Source of the DNA: Auanema rhodensis
Lineage: Eukaryota; Animalia; Nematoda
Direction of reading: 5' to 3'
NCBI GenBank assembly: GCA_964057225.1
Contig: OZ059900.1
Span: 6,200,001 to 6,264,000 of the forward strand
DNA: 64,000 bases
Numbering within the stretch: position 1 is the stretch's first letter; each line of letters opens with the position of its first letter. The notes under the pieces are model-generated. The model did not search any database and was not told the origin of the DNA. It worked only from the letters and a program-made list of their open reading frames with translations. A program made the position numbers and the translations under genes. Positions 39,903 to 52,300 of this stretch are shown piece after piece.

Positions 39903-41174
39903 TCAATTTGTGAGAAAAATTTCTTCGTTTGAATTCTCAGATTTTTTCTACAATGAAAATATAATGAGTAATACAAAAAATCTCAAATCTTACTGGGTTG
40001 CAAAAAAATGCGGTTCCTGCGAAAAAAGCAAGCATTATGATACCGGCAAATACTATAAATACAATAATATATATAAGTTATGCCTTCCTAGATTATTTAA
40101 CTAATTATTGAAGTTTTGTCATTTTCCGCGGTTTTCGAATTTTGAATATTGGAATACTCACAGTTCTTACCATGCCATCCTTTGGGACATCTGAAAATCA
40201 TATTCATGCGATTTGAAAAAATATGATAATATCAAAATTTCAAAAAACTCGCAAACAAATTGGCATGTTTTCGAAATTGACGTAGCATGCATTGGAATGG
40301 AGACAAGATTGTTTTTGCTCCTCAGTACAGTTCGTAGCTCCTCGCTCGACACTAACGTTTTTTAAAACCGAATCAAACAGCCTAATAGTCGCTCTATCTT
40401 CTCCCTGCAATTATACTAATTGTTGAGGAGAATTAACAATATATATGGATGTTAAAGTGAAAAAGATGATAAACTCACATGTACACATACATATACTCCA
40501 GAAAAATTATTATTAAATAAATAAGTAAAACGTAACATTGAATAACTACTGAAAAAGAATTATATTAAAGTCTTTTTATAATGTTTTGTATATTTAACAA
40601 ATAATTTTTATTGTTTTTTGGCAGAAATTATAATATAAATGAATGATCAGCTTTAACTTTTTGAGCAATGCTTGAAACGTCACACTGTATTGATTTTTTG
40701 ATAAAATTCGAGACAATTCTTACTTAATCAAGCACAAGAAAATTTGATTAGAATGGGAAAAACTTGATTTCTTTTTTTAAAATGAACAAAACTTACTTTA
40801 TAATATCTATTCTTTCATATACATTATTACTGAAATTAATATCTCGACCATTAAATTCCCATTCATATTCTCGTATATGTTTAAAATTTTTAAGATTACA
40901 ACATATTTCTATTTCTGTACCATTATTTACAGATCTTAGTTCACCTCCACTAAGAGTATCTGGAAAAAAAATCTATGAAGGCATGAATGTGAATAATTCA
41001 ATTAAAAAAACTATAAAATAACAGCATTTCAAAAGTAAAATGAATAGTTTGAACAACTATTGAAGAAAACTTACTTGATATTATTAATTTTAATGGTCCA
41101 GAACTAGTTGGCATTATCAATATGTAATACATTAATAGAGTAAATTTGTTGAATACAGGACGATGGGAAATCAT
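39903..41174 (-). CDS. Ig-domain + EGF-domain single-pass membrane protein (neuregulin/Vein-like, IGEG/SISS-1 type), 7 exons, about 225 aa
   Basis: Exons 41174-41075, 40959-40797, 40548-40479, 40404-40253, 40190-40102, 40052-39994, 39947-39903. Signal-like N-terminus; Ig motifs VNNGTEIEICC, YEWEFNG, NFSGVYVC; EGF motif CTEEQKQSCLHSNACYVNFENMPICLCPKGWHGKNC; TM IIIFAGIIMLAFFAGTAFF. Needs a GC donor (GCGAGT at 40252). C-terminus uncertain. Confidence 0.85.
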
Positions 41175-41971
41175 TAGTTGGGTAGTGAATTAACGCTATC
41201 AGTATTATAATTTTCTCTTCGTTTTATCGCCCAGTCTGCTTTCCCGCCGTGCGTTGTGGAATTTTCTAGAATACTATCTACAATTTTCAAATTAACGAAT
41301 TTAGAATAGATATATTTTTTTTATGTTCCGTCAAAGGTTTAGTAGATAAATGACAATGATACACCAAGAGAAATGATAAACAATAAACAGTACGGCAACA
41401 AAAAGCAACAACATGTGTGTTGCAGATGCTCAAACAATATGAAAAATCTTAAAATGGAATAGCTAAGGAGGAGTAACATGGATGTTTGTCATCAAGAATC
41501 ATGAATAAATAGCATGATGTAGGCGTTTCAAGTTGATTCAGATGACAGAATAGTTAATGGTATCACTATATATTCGTTTTCTTTATATCTGCGATTTTAG
41601 TTGAACTCTTTTGTGTCCTATCATCTTTCAACAAATTTTAAGTTTTATTTACGCAAAACGTCTTAACTATGGGATTTTCCATATGACTCATAGCAAATGG
41701 ACATATCAAGGACAATTTTCCCTCTTTTTCGTTTTTCTTTTCATTTCTCCGAATACGCAATATCAAATACAATAGAATATTTGAAAAATGGTTTCTCACT
41801 CAGAGGACCTTTGTGATAAAGAACAGTTTATCAGTATCACTTGTTTGTATGAACTTGTAAAATATTTCATGACATCATTCTATTGTTTTAAAAGTAATTG
41901 TCTTTGTTTTGTTGTACTTTTATTAATAATAAGTTGACTATTATAAGGTATTCTTAACAGAAGAATATGTT

Positions 41972-43630
41972 TCATTTTCTTAGATCAAAATCAACGGATG
42001 ATGTTTGTCCACGTCTCAGCACTACTCTCTGAAATTTAAATATGATATAATCTCATTTTAGAAACTTTGAAATCAGTTCACATGCATAAAAGCTAAAACA
42101 AACATTATTGACGCCTTGTTCGCGTGAATCGCGATAATCGATTAGTGGGTGATTGGGAGAATGCCTGAATATAAAAACTGATTATTTCTGCTGATTTAAT
42201 GTTATTATGAAATATTTCAAAATTTAATGTTCTTTTAATATTAATCCAAGTTTACAAACCTTGCAGAAATAGCTGCGGTTGCTGCTCCAGATGCTGCCGC
42301 GGGGTATCGTCGTGAACTGAGCTTTGGTGTTGGATAGTTGTCCCAAGAAGACTCAATATCCGGTCGTGATTTGTATTCTGGCTCAGGTGATATAGCTGCT
42401 GTTCGAATTTTGCCGTGCTGATATTCTTCCCAGGTTAATGGCTGGCTATCAATGGAACGTGACTCAACAAACGTAGGTGTTTCTGAATAAAATTTAATTG
42501 ATCTATAATTTTGCTCACTTAGTGATCAAAGTGTACACAAAAGAATTCGAAATGTTTGATCAAAAAATTAAAGAAGTGACATCATTTAACAAATACAACG
42601 TTTATTTGCTCAATGATTAAAGAGGGGTATACCTTCACGTGGAGGGCACTTGCAATATCCACCATCTGCACCGGGCTGTCCACGACGACCTGGCAGCCCG
42701 CGTAATCCGTCGATGCCTGGGTCTCCCGGTTCACCTTCGTGTCCAGGCAAACCTTCTGGTCCTGCAATTGTAAAAAAAGGTGCTTTCTGAATAATTTTAA
42801 GAGCAATACCTGGAGCGGTTGGAATGCCATTTTCTCCAGGATCACCTCGAGGTCCTTGAAAACCAGGTAATCCAGGGGGACCTTGAGGGCCAGGTAGTCC
42901 AATTAGTTGAACAGCATCTTGTCCTGGTTCACCTTTTGCTCCCTATTTTTTATTTGTTATGTAATTATTTTATTGTTTAGCTACTTTTTGTCCCGTATAG
43001 CCATTTTGACCACGTTCTCCTGTTTCTCCAGGCAGTCCTGGATAGCTTCTTCCATCTTTTCCAGGGATTCCTGGTTTTCCCGGTTTACCGGGTTCTCCTT
43101 TTTCTCCAGGAAGGCCATCAGCTCCTCGTCGACCTGCCGGACACGGAGGGCAAAACGTTTCACCTACAAGATCAACTCCACTTATTCCTGGCTGTCCAGG
43201 TCTACCAGGGCGGCCGTCATAAGCACGCTCGCCAGGTGGACCTGGAGGACCTCTTTCCCCTCGTGGACATTGAATTACAGTACAATCAAAAACATAGATA
43301 ATAACAAAGAAATAAATTTTACTATTATTACCACAAATATAAGCATTTCGCCGACTAAATGCTGTTCTTCCTCTTGGATAAATAGATTCACGTTTCAAAC
43401 GAATGTTTTCTTCCAATTCCATATGATCATCCTTAACACATAGTTATGATGAAAACTATTAATGAAAGATTTACCTTCATGAGATCCAATTCCTTTTGAA
43501 TTTCGTCTCGAAAGTTGCTCGCATCTGCATTCAAAAATATATGCAATGATATGAACATGATCATTGAACATATTGACAGTAACGAGGCAGCACGGTAGGC
43601 ATTATTCAAAGATTCGATGTTATCTTTCAT
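41972..43630 (-). CDS. Nematode cuticle collagen with extended non-collagenous C-terminal tail, about 386 aa
   Basis: Exons 43630-43475, 43431-43332, 43286-42985, 42942-42810, 42761-42633, 42482-42260, 42164-42104, 42028-41972. N-terminal hydrophobic anchor and coiled region, RLKR furin-type site, CDC...CP cysteines, interrupted Gly-X-Y blocks, CPPCP, terminal YCKCP. Intron 43287-43331 lacks an AG but is in frame. Confidence 0.93.
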
Positions 43631-44752
43631 TTTGATCTATAATTTTTAACAAAAAGTTTTAACAGCATTAAAAGTAATAAGTAAACTAACTCTGGAAGCA
43701 AAGCGAGATTCTTCTGTTTCTTGACAAGTATCTTGTTCATAATTGCCCCTCCCTTTCGCTTCAACTCTTGATAAAAAGACGAACTAGTTTGGCATTTCAG
43801 AGAATTTGACGCAGAGAAATTAAAATATGAATGAATAAACCTTCACTAACCTAATAAGCCGAATAGGACACTTCAATTCTCATTTAAGTGCTACTCGTAT
43901 ACCAAAATGCTATTATAACTCAAACCAGAAATATCAGGTAGAAAGGTTAGAATTCTCTTTTTACGCATTTTTGTAATATAATTCAAATGGCTATTTGAAG
44001 AACAGTTTCATTTTTTATAAATGAAAATTTTGACTATTAAACAAAATGAATTAATATGAATGATAGAACCATAGGTTTATAAAGAAGTTGTTGAAACTTA
44101 AATGAAGTCGAATATTTTTTAGTTTGTATAGTTAACAAAAAAGTTGAATATTCCTTATTATAGAACAGCTTTATTGGCATTTTTCAAAAACGATTTATTC
44201 AATTGCAAATACAAAAACAATATGTTTTTTTTTTAAAAACACGGAGTGTTTTAATCATTTCCCGAAAGTGAAAAAACAAATACTATAAATTCAAAAAAAA
44301 ATTGAAACTAATTATATAAGTATAATAGGTGAAATGATAAAAGTATAACAGAAATAGCAATGATATTAAAGCAATTTTCTGTATATAGGAAGAAAATAAA
44401 TGATGAATGTTTTAGAGTTATTTTGATGATAATTAATAGTAGATCTAATACGAAAAAGTAATCTACCATTAAATTAACCAATACTTTATTCCATTTTTTT
44501 CATGATTTTTAACAGTGAAAAAAAGTAATAAAAGAGAATGTGAATTACAAAAACGGGAGAAAGCATAAAAAGAAATTATATTTATACATTAGCTGGGACA
44601 CGTGCTGATCAAACGTATAAACAAAACCACCAGCCGAATATAATAAAGATAAAAAGCGAAATTTATATAAAGATATGTAAAATAACGAATACATATAACA
44701 TATTTATAAGTTATACGCTACATTACATTCATAAATAATTATTTCTTAGTGT

Positions 44753-47700
44753 TTACTTTGAAACATCAATGTAGGCGGGAGCCACGGATACAACATCTGT
44801 ATCAGCTAAGCGATCGAGAGAATTATCGCTGCTGGAGTTTTTGCGATCGATGGAGGCACGCTGAAAAAATTACAAAAACATAATAATAAGTATACAAATG
44901 TTATTATTATTTATAGGTTATTGTCATGCAAAATGTAAAGCTATTTTACCTCTCCGTCGTCACTTGTACGAGTGTCTTCCTCTTCTTCTTCTTGGCAGAA
45001 CTCATTTTCAGTCTCATTTAATGTATTCTTAGCCCATCCACGAACTATATAACAAAAAAAATTACTTTCATATTTATTTCTCTTTTTTGAATATTGAGAC
45101 TTGAAGCTTATTTCTTAAATTTATTTGAATTTTCTTTCAGTTTCTATGATTCTTTAATCTTTGCTCAAATATGCCTTCAAAAGATATTTCAACTCATTCG
45201 CACTAAAACCAGTTTATGTTTAAAGGTCATATACGTTCATTTTCATTCTTATTCCCTCTCTTACTTTTTTTCTTACAATAATTTATAAGCAAATGCCATT
45301 TCAATTGGGTACTCAAACTTTTACAGGAAATGGCATCATGAATCGAATTTTTGAAGTCTTAGATGGGAAAAGGTCAGCCTGAGCTTATTGATGCACTTGA
45401 AAACTACATGCTGTTCTATGTTTTTTTTAAGTTTATGTCATCCAAATGAAATAAAAATCATTGTTACCTTGAATTCCTACACTTCCCTGTCTGCTGAGAG
45501 TTTCTGTACGTGTTGGCTTAATAACAGAAGCATGATCAACAGTGCTTTCATGTGGAAGAAGCTGCATTGGTGAGCGGAAGAAATAGAATGAAGGGTAATA
45601 ATACAAGTTGTAGCATGATGATGCATATATATCAGCATATCTGAAATTATTGCAAATAGATAATAAACTATTGATTAACTATACATATTGCATATACTTT
45701 CTAGCGAGTTTTACAATAACTTGAATATATAATTGAAAATTGTATAAAACTTTAGAACGTTGTTTGAATGAGCAATTTTAGGAAAAAGTTGAAAGGGGAA
45801 ACAACATTATGCAAGGTGAAAAATGTTTTTATATTCTAAATTCAAAAACCAAACATTCTACTAATTAAAATATATTATTAAGTGAACATTTGGCTTTTAG
45901 CTTCAACATGTTGGCAAAAAACTGAATATATCAAAGAGCCGTAAAGGTTAAAGTTAAAACTTCTACAAAGATATTAACTAATTTTGGTGTCGAATTTCGT
46001 AAATTAGCATTCTAGTTTGGTTTCTAATTTCATAAAATACTATTTACCTCTCCACCTGTGATGCAAAGAATGTGGTACGGGAGCCAGTGCGGAACAATGA
46101 TCCCAAAACACTGTATTCTTCATCCATTTCATGAGTAATTTTCTAAAATATTTATTATATGAACAGTATTTTCTGTCGTTTTTTCTTACACGAAGATTAG
46201 AAACAATATCTCCCAGATCAGGCTTTTCTGTTGAGCATGCATCTAATTGCTTGTAAATGTTGCAAAGACGAATCTCAAGCTCATCAAGTTGCTCAAACAA
46301 GGGTCTGCGATCAGTCCAAACTGTGAGCTCATGCTCAAGTTCTGGAACAATCAAGAAAGTTCTCCATCCACGAGATTTCTTCGATCTGGAAATGAGCAAA
46401 GTACTATATTTTCGTAGCGAAGGTTACCTTAAAACATCTCCAAAAATGTGATCTCCAATGTAAAGCACATCTTTTCCACGTGCTTTAACAATTTTATGAA
46501 AAACATTGCTGTTTCCTAAAGTATTTCATTACATATGGTTTTTTGGTTATTTTTGTACTCACCTCCAGAATACACAACTCCTTCTCTAAGGGGTCCGTAA
46601 TGAATACCTAGTTTATGAGCTCCTGTATCAGTATTAACCTAAAATATGTTTATCCTTATTGTTCACTGAAATATTAGCTTACCTCACGGAAAACAGTTCC
46701 ATCGGCAAACCATTTGGGTTTACATGCATCAACAACGATGATGTTGAAATAGCTTCTCCAGGTGTCGCCCAATAAGTATGTCATCATAACCTAAAAGATT
46801 CATCCTGTTTAACTCAATTAATGATTAGCTGAACATACATTGGTATAATTCCAGTCACTGTTAGTTAGTAAGAAAGTTTGTTTTCCATGCTCTTTCAATT
46901 GCTTAAGCATTGGTGCGGCACGAGCATCCTTTTCAACATAAAGATGTGGCTCATTCATTACCATTTGCTTCATTTCACTCTTAAAATTGTTATACCATGT
47001 TATTAAATATCTTCTTTTTAATTTACTTCAATATGAACCCAATCAATAGCTTTGCGACAATCCTGGAAGATGGAACGATATGACATAAGCACATCTCCTC
47101 CACGAAGTCCAGTGCGATCCTCTAATCTAAAAATATATTATTAATCTCTAAAATCTTCATATCTGTCGATGTTGTTAATTGCATGTTCCTTATCATTCCA
47201 AAAATTTTTTTTGAAAAAAACTCAATTAATCCGTATTCCGTCACTTTTTTTCACAAATCAATCTTAGCATTATGACGTAGATATTCTATCAAAGTTAAAT
47301 CTTTTTTCTTTGATGTTTATAAAAGAAAAAAGCTATCAAAAAGTGAAATTCTCAGTATATAGTGCTGCTGATGATGATGGCGCCATTTTATAAAAACAGT
47401 TTGAATATCTTTTTTAATGATTATAGCTGTTATCACCGATATAATGGTCGTGAACTTAATCATTTTGAACAATGACACTTCGATATGATTTTTGGAGACA
47501 TTGAAATTCGTTATCAGGAAAAATAGGCCAGGGGTATAGGATAATGAAAATGCTTCTTGATAGCTTCTGATCGTCTCGTATAATTTATTTGATAGCTTTT
47601 GATATCGTTGATTTCATTTGCTGCATAAGTAAACGTTTTGTTCACATTTTAAACACTGGGCAACCAAAAATTAATACTTTTGCGACCAATTAGGGATATT

Positions 47701-48440
47701 ACTATCAGTTTTTATTTTATTATATCCTGCTTCTGCTCAGCTATATTGTACTTAATGTGTATAGTCAACTCACGTTGTATAATCTGGATGATTATCAAAG
47801 AAATCAATCAAAAGTGAAATCAAGTGAGTTTCTGGCAAATTGAAAAGGGTATTGAGTACGAAAACGCGGCCTTCAGATAATTGAAGATACTTATTTGGAT
47901 ACATTTCTTCAATATCAGATCTAAAATATTGAATTAATCATTGCTTTCAATTTTCAAAAATCCTACGCTTTAAGGAATTTTTGTCCGTGCATTCCAAGAA
48001 GGATATTTCCAAATCCATCGACTTTTAATAAATTTCCATATTGGTAATCAAACCATAATCCTACAAAGAAGTAGTTAGTCTTCAACAAATATCTTCTTTT
48101 CCAACCTCTCACGGGAAAGATAGGATTGTATTCTAGTTTCTTAATCTCTTGTGGATAACCGAGCTTGATGAGGTGATCAACAGCTAAATTGAATACCAAA
48201 TATTCGAGTTGAGGAGATTTGTATTCTAGAATTCATAATATTTCTGTGAAGCAATTTGCTAATTATTCCTTACGAATCAAAGTATAATCCATGTCAAATC
48301 CAAAAAATTTAATCTTTTCCAATCTCAGATTACGATTAACAAAGATTCTAAAATTTTTCTCATGATTCACACCAAACATTTCTATTTTCAAACCTCTTTG
48401 CGGGTTCACGTTTGTACGCTGATGTTCTGATAGCTGCCAT
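44753..48440 (-). CDS. NT5C2: Cytosolic purine (IMP/GMP) 5'-nucleotidase cN-II, HAD superfamily, 15 exons, 553 aa
   Basis: Exons 48440-48394, 48347-48274, 48225-48106, 48060-47967, 47920-47774, 47126-47027, 46979-46839, 46790-46683, 46638-46563, 46515-46428, 46385-46190, 46142-46048, 45640-45468, 45044-44950, 44860-44753; 1662 nt open. Motif I GFDMDYTL, motif II LLTNSD, ACKP, motif [11 protein letters not shown], then [32 protein letters not shown] and an acidic EEEED tail, all cN-II hallmarks. Symbol is the vertebrate orthologue name. Confidence 0.95.
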
Positions 48441-49273
48441 TTCTTCTTCTAAAGTTGATAAATAATGAAAATGGTATTTATAAAGTTAATATATATATAA
48501 AAAGCAAGCAGCACAGATGATAGCGAGGTGAAGAAAAGGCTATTTTAAAACTTTTCTACACATTTAAAGCTGGAAAATATAAAACAAATATGAAGAAAAC
48601 ATTGTATACGTAACAAAATCAACGATATAACATAAATGGTCACAAGGACAAGGTGCGACCCTTCTGTCTGAAAAAACTGACAGAAAAGCTGAACATAACG
48701 TGTTTAAGGTTTTTGAATGACATGTATAACACCACGCATGGATAGTGAAAGGTGATCAACTGGTTATCACATAGAAACATAAAAATATTGCAATTAGTAA
48801 GATTTCTGAAGTTTACTTTCTGAAAGGACAAGAAATTGCTAGTGAGCATGTTGACTGTTGAAATCAGCAGAACTAATTAACCTCGCCACGATAGGGCGAC
48901 CAGACTAAACAGTGGCTTTATATATTGAGTTATCGTGTGGTATCACGCATGTTGTTTGTGCATGATAGAGCAATGAAACACGAGAACAATGCGTGATTCT
49001 TTTGGGGGGAGGAATGAAGGAATTGGGAAAAAAAAGGATGATCAAAGCCAACATGTTATGTAATACTAAATGATAATTAAACTTAATTATGGGAATACAC
49101 ATGGATTGGTGTGTGAACATATGACACAGAGAAGATATATAGGCAAACTTGGTGTTATTCATATTCCGTAGAACCGGAAAAAAATTGCCCGTTAGGTAAG
49201 CTAATACTATAAAAGCTTTGTGACATTCTATTGCTAGTATGAGCTAACTACATCAGATAGACTGTTGACCTAC

Positions 49274-49313
49274 CACTAATCTGCTGGCCATCATTTGTAA
49301 CAGTTTTACACAT
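49274..49313 (-). CDS. Probable upstream or alternative first coding exon of the cN-II gene (MCKTVTNDGQQIS)
   Basis: AACAG-TCAAG-ATG...AGT G|GTAGGT ends in phase 1, matching the phase-1 acceptor CTTTAG|AA GAA GAA ATG upstream of 48440. Confidence 0.5.
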
Positions 49314-52300
49314 CTTGACTGTTCTAATAATATTATTGAATATAGTAATTCATGTAAGGAACAAAAAAATATTATTATAGTACGTAATCAACAGTAGAGA
49401 AGAAGAAATATGCTTGCAAAATTAAGAAAAAAATGAATTTGAAGAAAAAATTTTTTTTTTGAAAATCAGGTGAAAACCAGTCTGCCGTTTGCAGGACATC
49501 TAATGAATGTATAAAACAAAAAATGTTTTATCATATCAAAAGTTTCGCAATATTTTAAATTGTTTAATCGAATCGAAGACATCTACGGCAATTTGTAATT
49601 AATGAAATTGACTACAACTATACAACCTACGACCTATCACCTTTACCTCTTGAAGAGAGAAGAAAGTGATATTGCGCACAGAAGGTACTATTAATAAGGA
49701 TGGGGGATACTTATCGCCTACCCACTGCTGCTGACAAAGCTTATGGTTCAGCGACACAAAGAAGAATGGTCATCCTTATCAGAGTGGTGCAGTAAGCGAA
49801 GGATTACGCCAACCATTAAGTGTATTTGATACGGTTACATATGGAGAAAATTGGGCTGACATAGAGGAGGAGCCAGAAACATGTCCTCTGTGATCTTGCA
49901 GGATAAGAGGAAGTAGCATGACTGCTGCTCTTAGTGTTATATACACACAAATAATGAACAATCGTATGAGATGTGGAAACATCTGCAATCTGTTTGCACT
50001 TGAGGTGATAATCTTAGATAGAGAATGCTGATATGTGATCTATAATAGTACAAATCTTTGGATGAGATTAACTATTATCTATTATAACTTGAAATTCCAA
50101 AGTTTAAGAGAAAAATGCCCAACTCGATGAAAAGTAGCGACGAACTCACCGATAACACGCTGCGACAGCGCCCAGTAGGCGAACAAAAAAAAGAAAATCG
50201 ATAAGGTTAAAGAAGTGCAAATAGTTCATTCTCTTTTTTTATTATGATGAATATCAATTTGTTACAGAACAGAATCAAATGTCAGACTTTTTCTTGTCTG
50301 ATAACTGTTTAACAACTTGCCAATTTCTTCAATTTCCATGACAAGTGTTTAGAATGTGATATATACATGAACACTATTTCCGCCTTTTTAAAAATGGTTC
50401 AGCTAGCTTTAGCAGTTCGATGTTAGCAATAGACATATGCATATCGTATAGCATCTGATAGCACATTATTTCCATAACATTAGTAATGTGCAATATTTCA
50501 TCTCTGCCATTTGTCTATTATGGTAGACAGACTCTGATCTTTGTGGGAAACAGTGGAAAACAATAAATAGATCATTTATTGGTGTGAATGTCTAACAAGT
50601 GTGCTATATTAACAGAGACACTTTGATGTGTAGATTAGATTGATACGAAAGGCGAAGACACGACTGAATTTTTGCGGCTTTTTATGATTTTCTTTAAGAC
50701 AATCAACACGGCAAACCAGAGTAGAGCTTGCATACAGATATATATCATCTGCTTTGTCTAGAAAAAACAGAGAAAATGAAAAGTCTAAAAAGGAAATAAG
50801 CTAGAAATCGACACAGAAGATTTCATTAGCAGATAGCAGAGGACAATTCGTTCTTAATAAAAAATCATGGAAAGTCCGGCTATATACTACTAATTTGCTA
50901 AACGTTGAAGTGAAAAAGGGGATAAAATGAAAATAAAAATAATATGTTTTTGGTATCAAGCCAAGCATTATAATTTGGATGGAAGGAGGTACGACACTCG
51001 TTAACTGTACACCGGATCAAAGGTCAAAGAGAATATACAATAGCCTGAGTGAGAGGTTATCCCTGCACATCGGTTATTTGTATTTTTGATCTTTGAACCA
51101 CTCATTTGATCTTTAAAAGTTAGACTTCTTTGAAGTAGATAGAATAAGATATAATTAATAATGAAATGTCAATAATAATAGTCCCATTAGATTAATGGAT
51201 AAAGGATCAAAAGATGAAAAATAAATAAAATCACTAGATTATATGAGTTTTTTCAAGACTTTGAAGAATGAACATGAGGAAATAAAGTTAAAATTTAGCA
51301 TAATGTGGAAATGTGAATAATAACAATCAAGAATGCGAATGAATATATTGCTCTCTAAAGTTTTTTTTTCATATATTCACTATTTATACAACAATCGTTT
51401 TAAAAGGTTTGTTAAAGAACATCATTGAAGGTTCAATGGAAAGTTTAATCAGATTTGTCAACTATTCAATTAATATATAACTGTTAAAACGTTCATCATG
51501 AAACTATGTAAAAAAAAGATTATTAAGAAAGAAATAGATTTAAATTTATGAATATGAATGAAAGTATGTTCGAAATCTGAATTTTTGCCTAAAAATATGA
51601 AATGAAACGTCAAACATGCTTACCCTTAATTGCACATGAAATTGCAGCTGAGCTGAATCCAAGTTGACTAACTTCCGTTAGTTAGTTGTCAGGAGAAAAG
51701 TTCATTAAATTGCCTATTGCCATCTGAGCCAGAAATCAAATTGAGATTCTGGCAAAGACCAAATCAACTTGCAAGTGCTAAGCAGGAGAGAAGAATATAT
51801 ACATATTCGATTTAATTACATAATAAGATTTATTTTTGCTGATTTATTCATCCGAGCGTATGATAGAAAAGCCATTTTTTTATGTTCAGTCTGCAAATCT
51901 TATCAGACAGACAGCAATGCTCGTTTGGAATTTTTTGATATAGTTTTTTACCATCTATTTTTGATCAAAGTATAGTTGTATCCCTGTATTTAACTTTTCA
52001 ACAGCAACACAAGTAAACATACACTTGAAAGTATTGAAAAAGGAAGTAAATATCATAATATTGAGCTTTTAAACATTTGCCTCAAATACTTAATTAATCA
52101 TTAGAAAAAAAAAGAAAAATTATGAATGTAATATTATTCTTATAGTTTGTTTGTTGCACTACTTTGCAACAGAAATGTAACATATTTCAGCTTATATGCT
52201 TCAAAAATTATTTTTGTGAATTGTTTCAAAAATTTCATTATATTCAGCGTTTTGCTCCATGCTTCCAATTTCTTATCAAGCATTTTTTACTTTCAATTTG

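Noticed and set aside
42582-43443. Overlapping track ORFs 42582-42902 (-), 42907-43443 (+), 42981-43163 (-)
   Set aside because: Shadow frames of GC-rich Gly-X-Y codons.
39903-48440. Three consecutive minus-strand genes as an operon
   Set aside because: Stop-to-start gaps of about 0.8 and 1.1 kb are longer than typical SL2 operon spacing, and functions are unrelated.
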